Shown piece by piece: positions 52,085 to 64,000 of a stretch of 64,000 nt of DNA. Below the pieces are notes generated by a model. The model saw nothing but the letters and a program-made list of their open reading frames with translations. It was not told where the DNA came from and searched no databases. The DNA is from Antedon mediterranea. Its lineage: Eukaryota > Animalia > Echinodermata. A program made the translations under genes and the position numbers. The stretch is taken from NCBI RefSeq assembly GCF_964355755.1, contig NC_092672.1, positions 24,441,237 through 24,505,236 on the forward strand. Direction: 5' to 3'. Position 1 is the stretch's first letter; each line of letters starts with the position of its first letter.

Positions 52085-53467
52085 CTAGCAATTATACCCG
52101 CCCCAGAGCGGGTTTCAAAATTAGTTTACAGCCTTCTCAGTACATAACACCCGACGCCATGAGTATCTGTCTGTACTCGCCAACCTCCACCCCTCTTCAA
52201 TAACACCCCTCTTCAATAACACCCCATACTCTTTCTTAAAAACAAATTCTTCCCAGTGATGGACAAATTCAATTCAACCTAAGCTTCGAATTGAGAGGAG
52301 TATGCATAGCTACGATGGGTCTAATAATGGTTAAATGGTACGTTGTAAATTGTGTAAATGAATAGGTGTCATATTGGCTGATAATTAAAATATGTAATTT
52401 AGATACTGCGGCCCCCCAGCCTTCTTTCTCCTTTCACCACCCCAGCCACCAACAAACCTTGACTCCTCCCCTGGACAGTTCAAATTTAGTAACTTTCCTT
52501 AGTACAATCCAATCATATAGGCTACTTCATTACGCTAGTATTTTCGCTCCTCCTCCCCCTACTACACTACACCCCAGTACAAATTATGTTATTATCACTC
52601 CCAACCCATAATCCCTCAGTGGCAGTTTTCAAATACAGTTTCGGTCATGGTGATAGGCCTACATCCCCACCCCAACCTCCCATCCGCTTCCCAGGGATGA
52701 TTAAATACTTGAACATTTTCCAACCACAATTCTGGTGTAAGCAAAATCCCCCACTATCCCCTGAACCCAAACCCTATCTCCCAACCCCACTCTCCCACAA
52801 TGGGCGTTTTTCCCTTGGAGGATTGGTGGTGTAGTTGAACACAGTAACAGTAAACAACGTTCACACAGGAATGGATGTTTGTACTGAGACAATCCAAGAG
52901 ACGATACATAGCTGGATATGGTTAAAGTACTTTGCTAAATGTGTAAATGAATAGGTGTCATATTGGTTAATGAATAAAATATGTATATCTATATACGCCT
53001 TGCTGAGGATAATTAAAATACTGTAAAACTTTTGTAGTATAATTTTACAATTCAATAGCCAACAACCCCGAGCCCTAGCAAAAAATGACATCACAAAGCA
53101 CCACACCACCCCCGCCCACTCCTCCCACCCCTCCCACAAAAACCCCAGGAGTCAGGGGAATTTTTTTTAATGTAGTTTAAAACCTTCCGGGTACAATTGC
53201 CATCATTTTAATACCCCATACGTATGGTTACGTGCAGAAACAGAAATTTTTATAACGAACAAACATCGAAAGTGGGGGGTTTGACCACATTTTGGTCCCT
53301 AACTTGGATCCTAGGTGGCGGATGATGTAGAAATATAGCTTAGAACATTCCCGGTACAATTACGGTCATTTTGATACCCCATATGTAAGATTATGTGCAG
53401 TAACAAAATTTTGTATAACGAACAAACAAACAAACAGACAGACAAACTTTCTCACTTATAATATAGA
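52085..53467 (-). mobile_element. Canonical non-autonomous Helitron (TC...CTAG in an AT site)
   Basis: Minus strand A|TCTATATTATAAGTGAGAAAGTTTGTCTGTCTGTTTGTTTG ... ACCCGC-TCTGGG-GCGGGT-ATAATTG-CTAG|T. Confidence 0.85.
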
Positions 53468-53738
53468 TATATATATGAGAATTTTATATAAATCATTCTG
53501 TAAATTATAGAAACAGTGCTCATATTCGGAACATGATCTCATAATCGCGTTGAGCATAGCTCATTGGCGATAAAGTTCCATACTTTTTAGTTGTATGAAA
53601 TAATGTCTCTGGCGGAATTTGAACATGCAACCTCTCTCCCACTAGACCACAGAGCCATATTATGGTATTTTCACAGATTTTCACCCACCAGATACATTCT
53701 CTCATACAACAAATGATATGGACATGTTCATTATTTAT

Positions 53739-54060
53739 ATATGTATTGTCCCCCTGAACAATTTTTTTTTTACATTTATTTGTTGATTATGCCATTTTGA
53801 TATCATATAATAGTTATCCACTTTGACCAAAACTTGGATTGGAAAAAAAATTATTTACCTGAAAAAACTGTAATTTAAAGCAAACAAGTCAAATTGCCTG
53901 CCATACCAATGGATTTTTGGTTTGGTGTCATTTTAGTGAAAACATGATTTTTTTTTATTTTTTTCTACGCAATTGATTAACTTGAGTAAAAGTACAAATA
54001 ACCTATGAAAGTCTGATTTTATTAATCTTCATTTTTCATGTTTTGGGGGACAATACATCT
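53739..54060. mobile_element. Kolobok-like MITE, degenerate
   Basis: ATGTATTGTCCCCC / GGGGGACAATACAT inverted repeat; right end followed by TTAA; left TSD degenerate. Confidence 0.55.
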
Positions 54061-54951
54061 TTAAAAAAACATAACCTAATGTCCTTGTTCTACATGGAAC
54101 CCCCGCAGTTTAAACGCGGACAAAACACAGAAGAATAGCTTCTCTTTGTTGAGCTATACTTGCTCACTTTATTTCTATCCATCCGTTCATCCGGTAAACT
54201 AAAATAAAAACAAACAGAGAAACAATTGACACGGCGCCATGAAGCACGTCTCTAACGTATACTACGGCTTATCATACATAATTCGCCGTTAACATGGGCA
54301 TACTATCATCATTATGTCTATCAAACCTAACTAATTCATAAGTAAATAATAATATATAAGATTGTCTCCACACGGAGCATTAAAGGTGTACAACAACGTT
54401 AATACAACGTATCGCCTATTGTGCACAGCTCTCATACCATGAACAGTGACTACAACAAACCATGACTAGCCTAATTTACATATCAAGGTATCAAGGTGCA
54501 ATGTACATACATAACATGGCTCCCTGCAAAGATAAATTATGAAACTGACAGTATCATCACTTTCCCTTTGCATACACAACAATAGTGGCTCCTTGACGGG
54601 GAATTGATTACAATAATATTAACTACTGACATTCAATGATTGAAGTTTCTCCTTCATCTAATGTTCAAGCAGTATTGTTATAATTTTTTTATTATTGAGA
54701 ATTGTCCTATAATTTCACACATAAATTAATTAATTATTCCCTCAGATTTGGAATCAAAATAAAATGTACATTGACTTAGTAATGTATTTAATAATTGCCC
54801 TGATTTAATGCACAACTATTAACTTAGATTGTATACTGGCTTTTTCTTTTATCCAAATGTACATATGAAAAACATAAGCACTCATTTTGAGGACTTGTGA
54901 TGAGTTGAAAAACAAATAACAATATTATCAAGTTAAAGTTCAATACAATTT

Positions 54952-55076
54952 TTAGTCGCGTGGACGCGACTCTATAGTTCACTATGTCGGTTGGTCGGTC
55001 TGTCGGTCTGTCTGTCGGTCCATCGGTCCAGTATCACTATGCGTTTTAGCACGCGACTTATGGCTGTTGGCCTTGT
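54952..55076 (+). mobile_element. Mini-HINE (~125 bp, DINE-1-like)
   Basis: TTAGTCGCGTGGACGCGACT 5' hairpin, GTCG/GTCT microsatellite, 3' subTIR CACGCGACTTA, small stem-loop GGCTGTTGGCC, T-run flanks. Confidence 0.78.
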
Positions 55077-58029
55077 TTTCGTAATAGTCAAATGAATACA
55101 AAACAGAAAATATATGTAAGTTACACAATTTGTTTAAAAAGTAGCATGAAAACATATAAAATAAAATACATGATTAAAGGTAATGACCATTACAGGAACC
55201 AGAACTTAAAATAAATTAATAAAATCAACAGAAATATAGAAAATAGCATATTATTTTCATCAGGAAAATTATTATATAAAAGTTTTTCTAATTAGAAACA
55301 ATGGTTAAATGAAGACTATTCCACTTATATTTGAGGTAAAACATAATTTTTTATTTAAAATAATTGCCAAACTCTGCAATCCTCCAAAAAACATAGCAAA
55401 CCTCATTTAAACAACAAAAAAGTGATTGAATTTGTGTACAACTCACTTGGTTTGTCAATTAAAATGTAAATATATTTTTGTTAAATACTTAAATTTGTGG
55501 TTAAGCATCATTTTTGGGTTTAAAAAATAATTTCTAAACCTTCACTCTCGAATTAAAGGGGGCGTAATGACCAGCCCAAACAATGTTACAGTACTGTAAA
55601 AGTAAAACATTTTACTTTAATTTCTTTAGAATACTAATAAATTCAGATATTTTATTTGATAAAAATTGTTGGCAGCCAATAATCCAATTAAAAGACCAAG
55701 GAATGCTTCACTTATTAATTTCCATTACAAAAATATAACAATTGTTGTGTGTAAGTTTATATCCAATACAATTTGTTTTAGCCGTATTAATTAATAATTG
55801 GTTTGTAGTGAACCATTCACTAGCTTACTTAACTCTAAATTTAAAAAGTTTAACAATACATCAATATTGATATAAAGTTGTATATAGCGAAACAACTTGA
55901 AAATATCATGGATAACAACATTAAAAGTTTTTTGATAAATCTAGAAAAGTACTTAATAAAATTAATTGTTTTTAAATGCAGTATTAACAGAATTAGTGAG
56001 TTCAAGAAAAGCATGACAAGTGGTATGGTATGCATACATTTTTCAATATTTTTTTTTTAAATGGTTAAAATTAAGATTGGTAAATATTAAAATATAAAGT
56101 ACTGTATATCCGTTTTGAAATTGTAATATGTTTAGGTAAATAACCCATCATGAATGATTAATTAATGGCGTATGTGAGATGGCTTATAATTAAGGAGCAA
56201 CCTTTTTAAGAATCATGCTCTAAACCTTTACTAGAATTCAAATTACTAATTATATTAAGCACTTCTGTTTCAGATATAAATGAGAGGCTTTATGGGAGGT
56301 AGTAATTAAGAGATTAGGTCTTTGGTATTTTTAGGTTATAATTACAGAGTTTTACACATTTTTGAAAAATAATTTAATTACATTCTGGCTAATTAGGTTT
56401 GTATCATAAAAATATTTATCAATCATTTTTTAAACATGAGGTGTATTTTTACTTTCTTTACCGGGATTAATTACAGAATGTATTACTTCTCATTTGTTAT
56501 GTTACATTTAATCTGATTGAATTTAGTTTTGTAGCATTTTTTTCTTTGAAATTTTACAGAGTGCATTAATATTGTTGCTATACTGTTTATATCTTGAGAT
56601 ATTTGAACATTTATGAATTTGTTAAAGTTTATGCTTATGTTTACTAACTTTGTTTAGATGGTGTAGGTAGAGTGGTGTCATCCATAGTTGTTTTAGTGTT
56701 TGGGGTTTTTTTTCTTGAACTGCAAAAAGTATATAAAAAAATGTATCCAACATTAGAATTAACTGTATAGTTTAGACGAATCAGTTTGAGAAAGATCAAA
56801 GCAAAATGCCCCTATATCTCTATATGTGCAAAAAGGGTAAAAACCCCTTAATGCAGGCTACCGTTAGACCACCTCTGGGCCTAGTAAAATTGCAGTAATA
56901 TTACCGTCACGGTCGTACTGTAAGCCTGATCTGTGTGAAGAGTCCACGATATAAGGCCTGCTTACGCAGCGAAGCATTGATACATTTGGGACATTTTACT
57001 TGATTGAGAAAGACTGTGGCAATTATTTTAGGCCAAATTATTAGATTATATCAACATATATTTTTTTAGGTTAAATAATACAATGGAAGAATACGGGCAA
57101 TGATAATAAAAATATAACAGATGTTGGTCCAAAGATTATTTAACTTGCTGTAACGTACGTAAGCCTAGGCCCTAGTTAGCATAGTTCTAGCGGGAATATC
57201 CTGTGCTGTGCGCGCCTGGTGCTAGCTCATAACAGCTTCTGATAATTAAATTCGCGTCTATTTGTAGGCCTAATAGATTTTGTTTCTGTATAATGGCCAT
57301 CACGATCGGGCAGTTTTAGCACGGAGTGGTGTTGGGCATATTGCCGCAATTCTATGTGAAAAGGGCTTAATTCAGTCTGAATGGTCAGACGTCAACCATA
57401 ATCAATTATTTTTTAAATAGGTAAATGATCAGAGATGTCTGAATTGTACCGATACCCAATAAATATCAAAATTAGTAGGCCTATTGTTTGTTTAAAAATA
57501 ATCAATAAGTAATTCTGCATTAGTTTTTGTAATTCTCGTTGGTTTAGAAATCGTAGGGAAAAAAGTACAATAGTTAATAAGATGATATAAAACAATTATT
57601 AAATAGATTATGCTTATTAAATTTGATTAAAACAATTTTAATTAAAATTAAAATTTATAATAACCGCAAAATGTTCTCTATATTATTTAGATTTCAGTTG
57701 ACTTGTAAGTAAAGCCAATTATAGAATTCTTTTTTGTTTAATGATATATAAAAAGCGAATCTCATATAGTTCTTTTGTCAATAATAAATCTGGTTATATT
57801 TTGTAATAAAAAAAATCAATAATTGTGTTCTGAAATGTTCATAACAGTTTTATTAAATACATTATGCGTATGACAAAGGTGGTGATTTGTTTAGAATTTC
57901 TGAATCATAAACTATCAATTGTACATTGTACCTACTTACTGTAAGTCATGACCAACATATAGTATATATGTTTAAAGATTACCATTTTTAATCATTTTCC
58001 TTCATTAAATGCTTTTTCTGGATGTCGGC

Positions 58030-58560
58030 AGCCGGCATAAAAGTGTGTTGCCTTCATAGCCTTAGCTTTTCGAATTACAATGGATCTCTGCGGCTGCTGC
58101 GCCTATAAATGATAATGTGTCTTAGGCATACTGTAGATCTTCACCTTGATTTTTCCAGTTCAGTGTGCATTTTTCAATCAAAATATTATTTAAGCCAAGA
58201 TCAGTTTTAAATATGTCCTTTACAAGTTGCATTGGATCTTTCCTTGATGTCACCAAATCTTAGGCTGTAGCTTCTAGAATGCCTTTCAACTCGTAGCAAT
58301 TCAGCTTCCATGTAGCTATTGTATCCTGATCCTGTTTAGATTTAATGTTTCACACATTCATCATCCGTATCCTTTGAAGTTCCATAACATTTCTGTTTAG
58401 CAATGCTTGTTAGCCTTGCTTTAGTGATGCTCTTTCCTTGTCAATCCTAGTATTTATCAGCTGCTAAGCTACCCATTTCACCACTCAATGCATTCATTCA
58501 ACATTTTTTACTTGGGGTACCCGAGTCTAGGACTCTCTCTCTTCTTTTCCATCTGGACAC
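58030..58560 (-). pseudogene. Degenerate LINE ORF1-like (L1-type RNA-binding) relic
   Basis: Minus-strand fragments ELLRVERHSRSYSLRFGDIKE and LVKDIFKTDLGLNNILIE, then a frameshifted AH*TGK..P.HII, resembling ORF1p motifs E.xSRxxNLRxxGIxE and IExAHR; stops and frameshifts present. Confidence 0.55.
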
Positions 58561-60830
58561 TACAGAGCCAACTTTCAAGTCCTACTAGTTCTTTACGCAT
58601 TGTCTGCCAGCCTAGTATATACATGCGTATATACTAGGGGAATAGGTGAACAAAGCTATAGAGAGAAAATGTTCATAATTCAATCGTCAATTATGACGTC
58701 ATAAACATGGTACCAATCGAAAAAAATGCGATTTATAAAGGACTACTCCTCCCTTATTCGTTGTAGTACTTCTGCTTCCGGAAATAGCAAAAAATAGCCG
58801 TATTTGGTAGCAAGGTTATTGATGTGTATGTGACGTTACATCCCGTCTTCTGACGTCATTACAGCTTCTTTTGCTGTACCCCGAGTATCGCACATTCGTG
58901 CTTGTTTATTCATAGCATGTTCAGTAGGCTCAGTTTTTTTACCTATACTATGAATTTGTGTTTTTCTTGTATTCATAGTTCGAGATAAAGCACTAATAAT
59001 GTGTTATGAATACTCAGGCTTATATTCTTAGTAAAATGTAATTACTTTAGACTTGCAGAATTATCAACTGTTGGGAATTAAATATTATGCAGAGCAAGTA
59101 TGTCTTCACTCAGAGATGTCCATAGCACTTTAATTTTACTGTAAATAAGAATTTGAGTTCTCTACACTAAGGTTATTCACATGACAGTATGTAATAGTGA
59201 TATGTAAAAGGAATTTAATAATAAATCATAATCAACAGAAATATAAAAATAATACATTACAAGGGCCTATACATTTTATATTACACAGTGCCCTCACTCA
59301 TCATTTATTTTACTTTTTAAAATTTCTTTTTTTGTTCGCACTTTCAGTACCAGTGTACTGTTCAACAAAAACCAATGTACTTGACAGTGATTATTTTGCT
59401 TTTTATTAAAAGAAAGAAATTAACAAACACAAATAAAAAATAAAACTTGCTCTACTAAAATCCGTGAATAAGTGCATATATTAAAAGCTTGGTTGCAGTT
59501 CAAGTTAGTTGACCAATAACCAGTAATTTGTTTAGTTTTGAGTAGGTGTACTGTAATAATATCATAGGCTATAAAACATGTACATTTACTATCAACATTT
59601 ATATCCTGATGAATTTCAACATTTCTTAAAAGCTAAATGGAACTTAGTCTACAACCTAGTTTTCCTGATAATATCTATCTGAGATCAAACTTTTTACACT
59701 TATTGATAGATTTGTTTGATAATAAAACAAAGGGATTGTCATTGGCAACCCTTATCACCATGGTTAGGAAAAGACTGAATAACACAAATTGTTAAAGACT
59801 TTTCGTTTATGTCCAGGATTTGAATTATTTATTTTTTATGCGGGGTAATTACTATTAGTCAATCAATGAATTCTACTACAAATAGAAATATGTTGTAAAT
59901 GCAATATTGTGGGCATGCAATGCATGTGGTGGGGCGTTTTAATACTCAAGGAAAAAGTCCAAATGATGTTCTATACGGACGTAATATTTGTGGGGGATTA
60001 TTCAAAAGAGGGTGTTTAATCAAATTGTCATCCATGCACCCTACCAGGTCCCCATCTCTGAAACCTATCAGCACCACAACCACACAGGTTCAGTACATTT
60101 TCTAGTAAAAAGACCCCCACCTTCATTAACAACCCAGCAAATGGGCATTTGATATGGAACACCATCTAAAATGTTTGTCACCGAAGTTGAGCTTGAGTGA
60201 CAGTCGATACTGAAACACATATGGAATTTGATTTAGTGATTTGAATAAAATAAATTTAATTAATTTCAAACAATGACAATTTATTTAATTTATTTAAAAA
60301 TTGATATTAAAATATAAAGCATTTTGTTCATTTAATCTGGGGATGGTAATGGGGTAAAAAATAAATAATAATTTAACTATAAGCTAGTAAAATAGTTTGT
60401 TTAGCAGAATTGCTATCGAAGTTTACTCAATAATATAGTTCTGCTGTTACCACTATTACATTCTTGAATGATTAATTAACACCAAACATGTTGAGTGCTT
60501 TCTGCCTTTTTAGCTTACATACATTTTGCCATTTTGGTGCTTAATATCAGGTGAATAGTGGTAAAGTTGGCACCACCTGCAGTTGATTGAAAGTATCAGT
60601 TAAATGTTCTTGATTTTAATTTCCAGGGCATAGACCTATAATCATTGATACAACTGAAGTATCATAACCCTTATCTATCTTATCTAGTTTGTTAACTCTT
60701 CTCAAAATGAATTAACAAGGTTCTTCTAGATAGTGTAGTGTTTTTTCGTTTGTTTTTTTGATCACTTGCCTAATTTCAGGTCTTGAAATTTAAAAATGAA
60801 TATTTGGTTGAAATAAATGAAAAAATGATG

Positions 60831-60955
60831 AAAATGAGAGCCTCTGTTTAGGCTGTACACTTTTATGTTTTAAACAGTATAGTTGTAAAACAAAATGAGA
60901 GCCTCTGTTTAGGCTGTACACCTTTATGTTTAAACAGTATAGTTGTAAAAAAAAA
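60831..60955. repeat. Two-copy ~61 bp tandem repeat
   Basis: AAAATGAGAGCCTCTGTTTAGGCTGTACAC..AAACAGTATAGTTGTAAAA twice. Confidence 0.85.
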
Positions 60956-63900
60956 TGTTAATAATGGTTTATTACATTTTATAGACTTGTTATTATGGCT
61001 ACGTATGGCTGTGTATTAATTAAATAAACAGTTTAATTTTCTATTAATACCAAACATGTTGGATAATCATTTGACTAATATCAAAAAAAGTTTATTGTTT
61101 AATAATATTATGCTTTTATAAATAATCATAGTTTTACTAAATAAAATACCAAAAAGTAATGAATTTATTATTTAAAGTATTTATTATTCCAATACACAAC
61201 AAATTAGTTTTGCTTATTATTACTCTGAATCTTTTTAGTTTCTTTGTAATAATAGTTAATTCTTGTTTATATTGTTTTAAAAGTATTTGTACTAAAAAAA
61301 TATTAGTTTAATAAGTAGTATTTTTAATGATTTCAGTAGGCTGTGAATCATTTTAGTTGTATGCCTAATTACTGTAATTATACCATAAATTGTCAATATT
61401 ATCTTATAGTTTAAAAAGTATAAACTAAAATATAATAACATGTTGTACATCATTGCTTTTTTTGTTGTTGTACATCATTGCTTTTTTATACCGTTGCCAC
61501 CGCATTTTCGGTCTTTGCAATACCCATGTTTATACTGTTATATACATTAATATCTTTCCTTTTTTAATAGTGCCATCTATGTTTTGATATTTTCCACAAA
61601 TGTTATAGTGCACGCTATTAGTGTGGACATAACTATCATAAAACCTCTCAATATTTCATTTGTTCAAGTTGAGATGTCATATACTTTAATTCATCGTTCA
61701 CATCAGCAGTTGATTGAATGTAATGGTTAAATATTATCTACTCAACAAATATGTTCCATTTGTATAATGTACAGTACAGTAAGCATTAGCAAACCTTTAC
61801 ATTATTTTTCTTTTTGCGCATTTAAATACCCTATAAAGTATGAATACACATGTGGTTGATAACCACAATAAAATAAAATATAGATAAATTGGCCAGACAA
61901 ATTGGTACGCATACTGGCCCACATCTTTCACTACATTATACTGTTACTGCCAGTAACTGCTGCTGCTAATAACTTTATCAATTCCAATAATTCAGACAAC
62001 AATGAACACAAATAAAAAACAACAAAAAAAACAACTTTTTACCATAAAAAAGACTTTCTGAGATAACAGTTTTAATTATTGTTCTTTCTTCATTAAATGT
62101 TATTTTTTAAATTGATATTCTATTTCTTAATTTAAGAAACAAAGATTTATTATCAATTATTTTTGTTTAAAAATCAGTAGTAAACATAAGTTGTGTAAAA
62201 TAAATATAGTTTGAATTACTAGACTATAGTACTATGCATATTCTGAGTGGCATTACTCACTAAGGTTGGAGTGACCCACTCATACCCATACATTCTTGTG
62301 AACAAAAAAATGTATAATTTTTCATGAGCCTTTGTTGTACAGCAGCTGCCGACAAACGTACTCGCTAATCAAAAAATTCATTATCTATATATACCCCATT
62401 CGCCAAAAATATTTACCATAGAGGAAGTATTGTTTTGACCATTAATTATTCAATGATAATCTGACGGTAATTATACTTAGCCCCTATGTTGACAGCCAAA
62501 ACATTGTTTATTGAACATAGGTCAAACTAATGTCTATATACATCTCATAGACTCTCTGTGCGCATGCCCAGTTTGAGTTAAAAAATTCCCATTTAGACTC
62601 TTTTCCCAGACGTGCTTTGAGGTGTGCTCATGTCCAGTTTGTGTTTCTAAATACCCATTTTTTGAGCCTTAATAAACTATTTTAAGCCTGCATTGTAAAT
62701 GTTTCCTAATGCTTCCATTCTCTTGAATGCAACTGCCTACAAAAAAAAATTGAAATTGAAAATTTACTTTTTCATTAATTTTATTTACTGAAGTATAAAA
62801 CATTTCAATAGAATAAGCAATGATTGGAACATGTGATACAGCACTTTATTTGTTTATTGGTATACTCAGTATGCATGGTCTACTAGGAAAGTTGTATGTA
62901 GCCTCAGTGAATATTATTCACATCCTATACACAATGTATATTATTCCACTGTTTGTCTTCAATGTTTTTCAAAATAATATATTAATATTTATTAGCTTGT
63001 TATAAAATCATTAGTTATAGGATTTATAGTATAGATAATTTTTAGTTGCATTGAATCTTTTTCAAATGTTGGTATATATACATGTGAATAAATAATGTTT
63101 ATTTCTTTGTTATAATTACTGTATAATGATTTATTTCCAGTGATTTTTTTTTATATCTTTGAATTAAAAAGAATAACAATTTTTATGAATTTGTTTTAAT
63201 GTAAATTTTATTAATTTTTTGTAAGTCAATTCAATAAGTATAACACAAATAATAAAGATCTTAAAATCTATTAAACTGTATAAATGTTAAGTTTGCATTT
63301 CTTATGTACTGTATTGATTTTCAGATTCAATATTTTTCACATTGATATGATTTGTTTAAAAGTTCTTGGTATTCTGGCATCAGCCAAACCTTTACCCATT
63401 TTAATTCTCTGACAGGCTTGAGCTATTTAATTCAGGGAGGTATAAAAATGGTCATGGTATTTCTAAAAACTGTCCATTTGATCTAACAACTTTAAAAAAT
63501 GAAACAAATATGGTTCAAAAAGATGTCTACAATTAAATTGTCCATCTTTTTTTTTATCAGATTAAACTCAAGATTAACATTGTTACAATCAATATTTAGA
63601 CTAATATGCTACACTTGCAAGAACTTGTACTAGCTAAACTCCACCACCACACAATAGAGCAATGAACTATTCTTTGCTCTATCATCACATAAAGGATGAA
63701 GTTAGTTATACATGCCCCTGAAAGTAAAAGTTTGTATGCCAAACCTTCAATAATTTAATATTTAAAAAAAAAATATATAAATAAAACTAAAAAGTGATTG
63801 ATATTTAAATATCAGCAACAACATTTTGACATTAAAATTGAAATAATACAAATTTGTATAAAAGTATATAAAATAATTATCATATTAAAAAAAAATGTAT

Positions 63901-64000
63901 ACAAAAGTAGAAATCAAATTCAGAAACTAATTTGACTTGGTTCATTGCGTATGATGATGCAGTAAATAGTTGCAAATTGATTTTTGTAAAGTAAACCTCT

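Noticed and set aside
52366-53139. Proline-rich ORFs (also 45972-46157)
   Set aside because: Products of C-rich low-complexity sequence inside non-autonomous elements.

Overview
AT-rich metazoan (probably invertebrate) genomic DNA with no intact long ORF; nearly all ORF-track entries are spurious. Bases 1-35442 look like a ~1.5 kb satellite but parse as a stack of at least 23 non-autonomous Helentron/Helitron2-type (HINE, DINE-1-like) elements, all on the minus strand. Each has a 5' subterminal inverted repeat (subTIR) folded into a hairpin ('cap') and a 3' subTIR + CTCGTCA-nnn-TGACGAG stem-loop + CTAG end. Each new element inserted without a TSD into the short A-rich (minus strand T-rich) linker about 47-79 nt inside the 5' end of an earlier element. 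Bodies and caps therefore nest like brackets, up to 8 levels deep; one 1.6 kb element is split by 30 kb of later insertions. Four surplus caps and chimeric bodies suggest end-swapping and template switching. Bases 35443-64000 are intron-like DNA with two 99-nt phase-0 ankyrin-repeat exons (the second has a TT instead of GT donor) and many TE relics: EnSpm-, Kolobok-, P- and pogo-like non-autonomous elements, a canonical Helitron, mini-HINEs, tRNA-derived SINEs and CR1/L2-type LINE fragments. All alignments were done by eye; coordinates may be off by a few nt.
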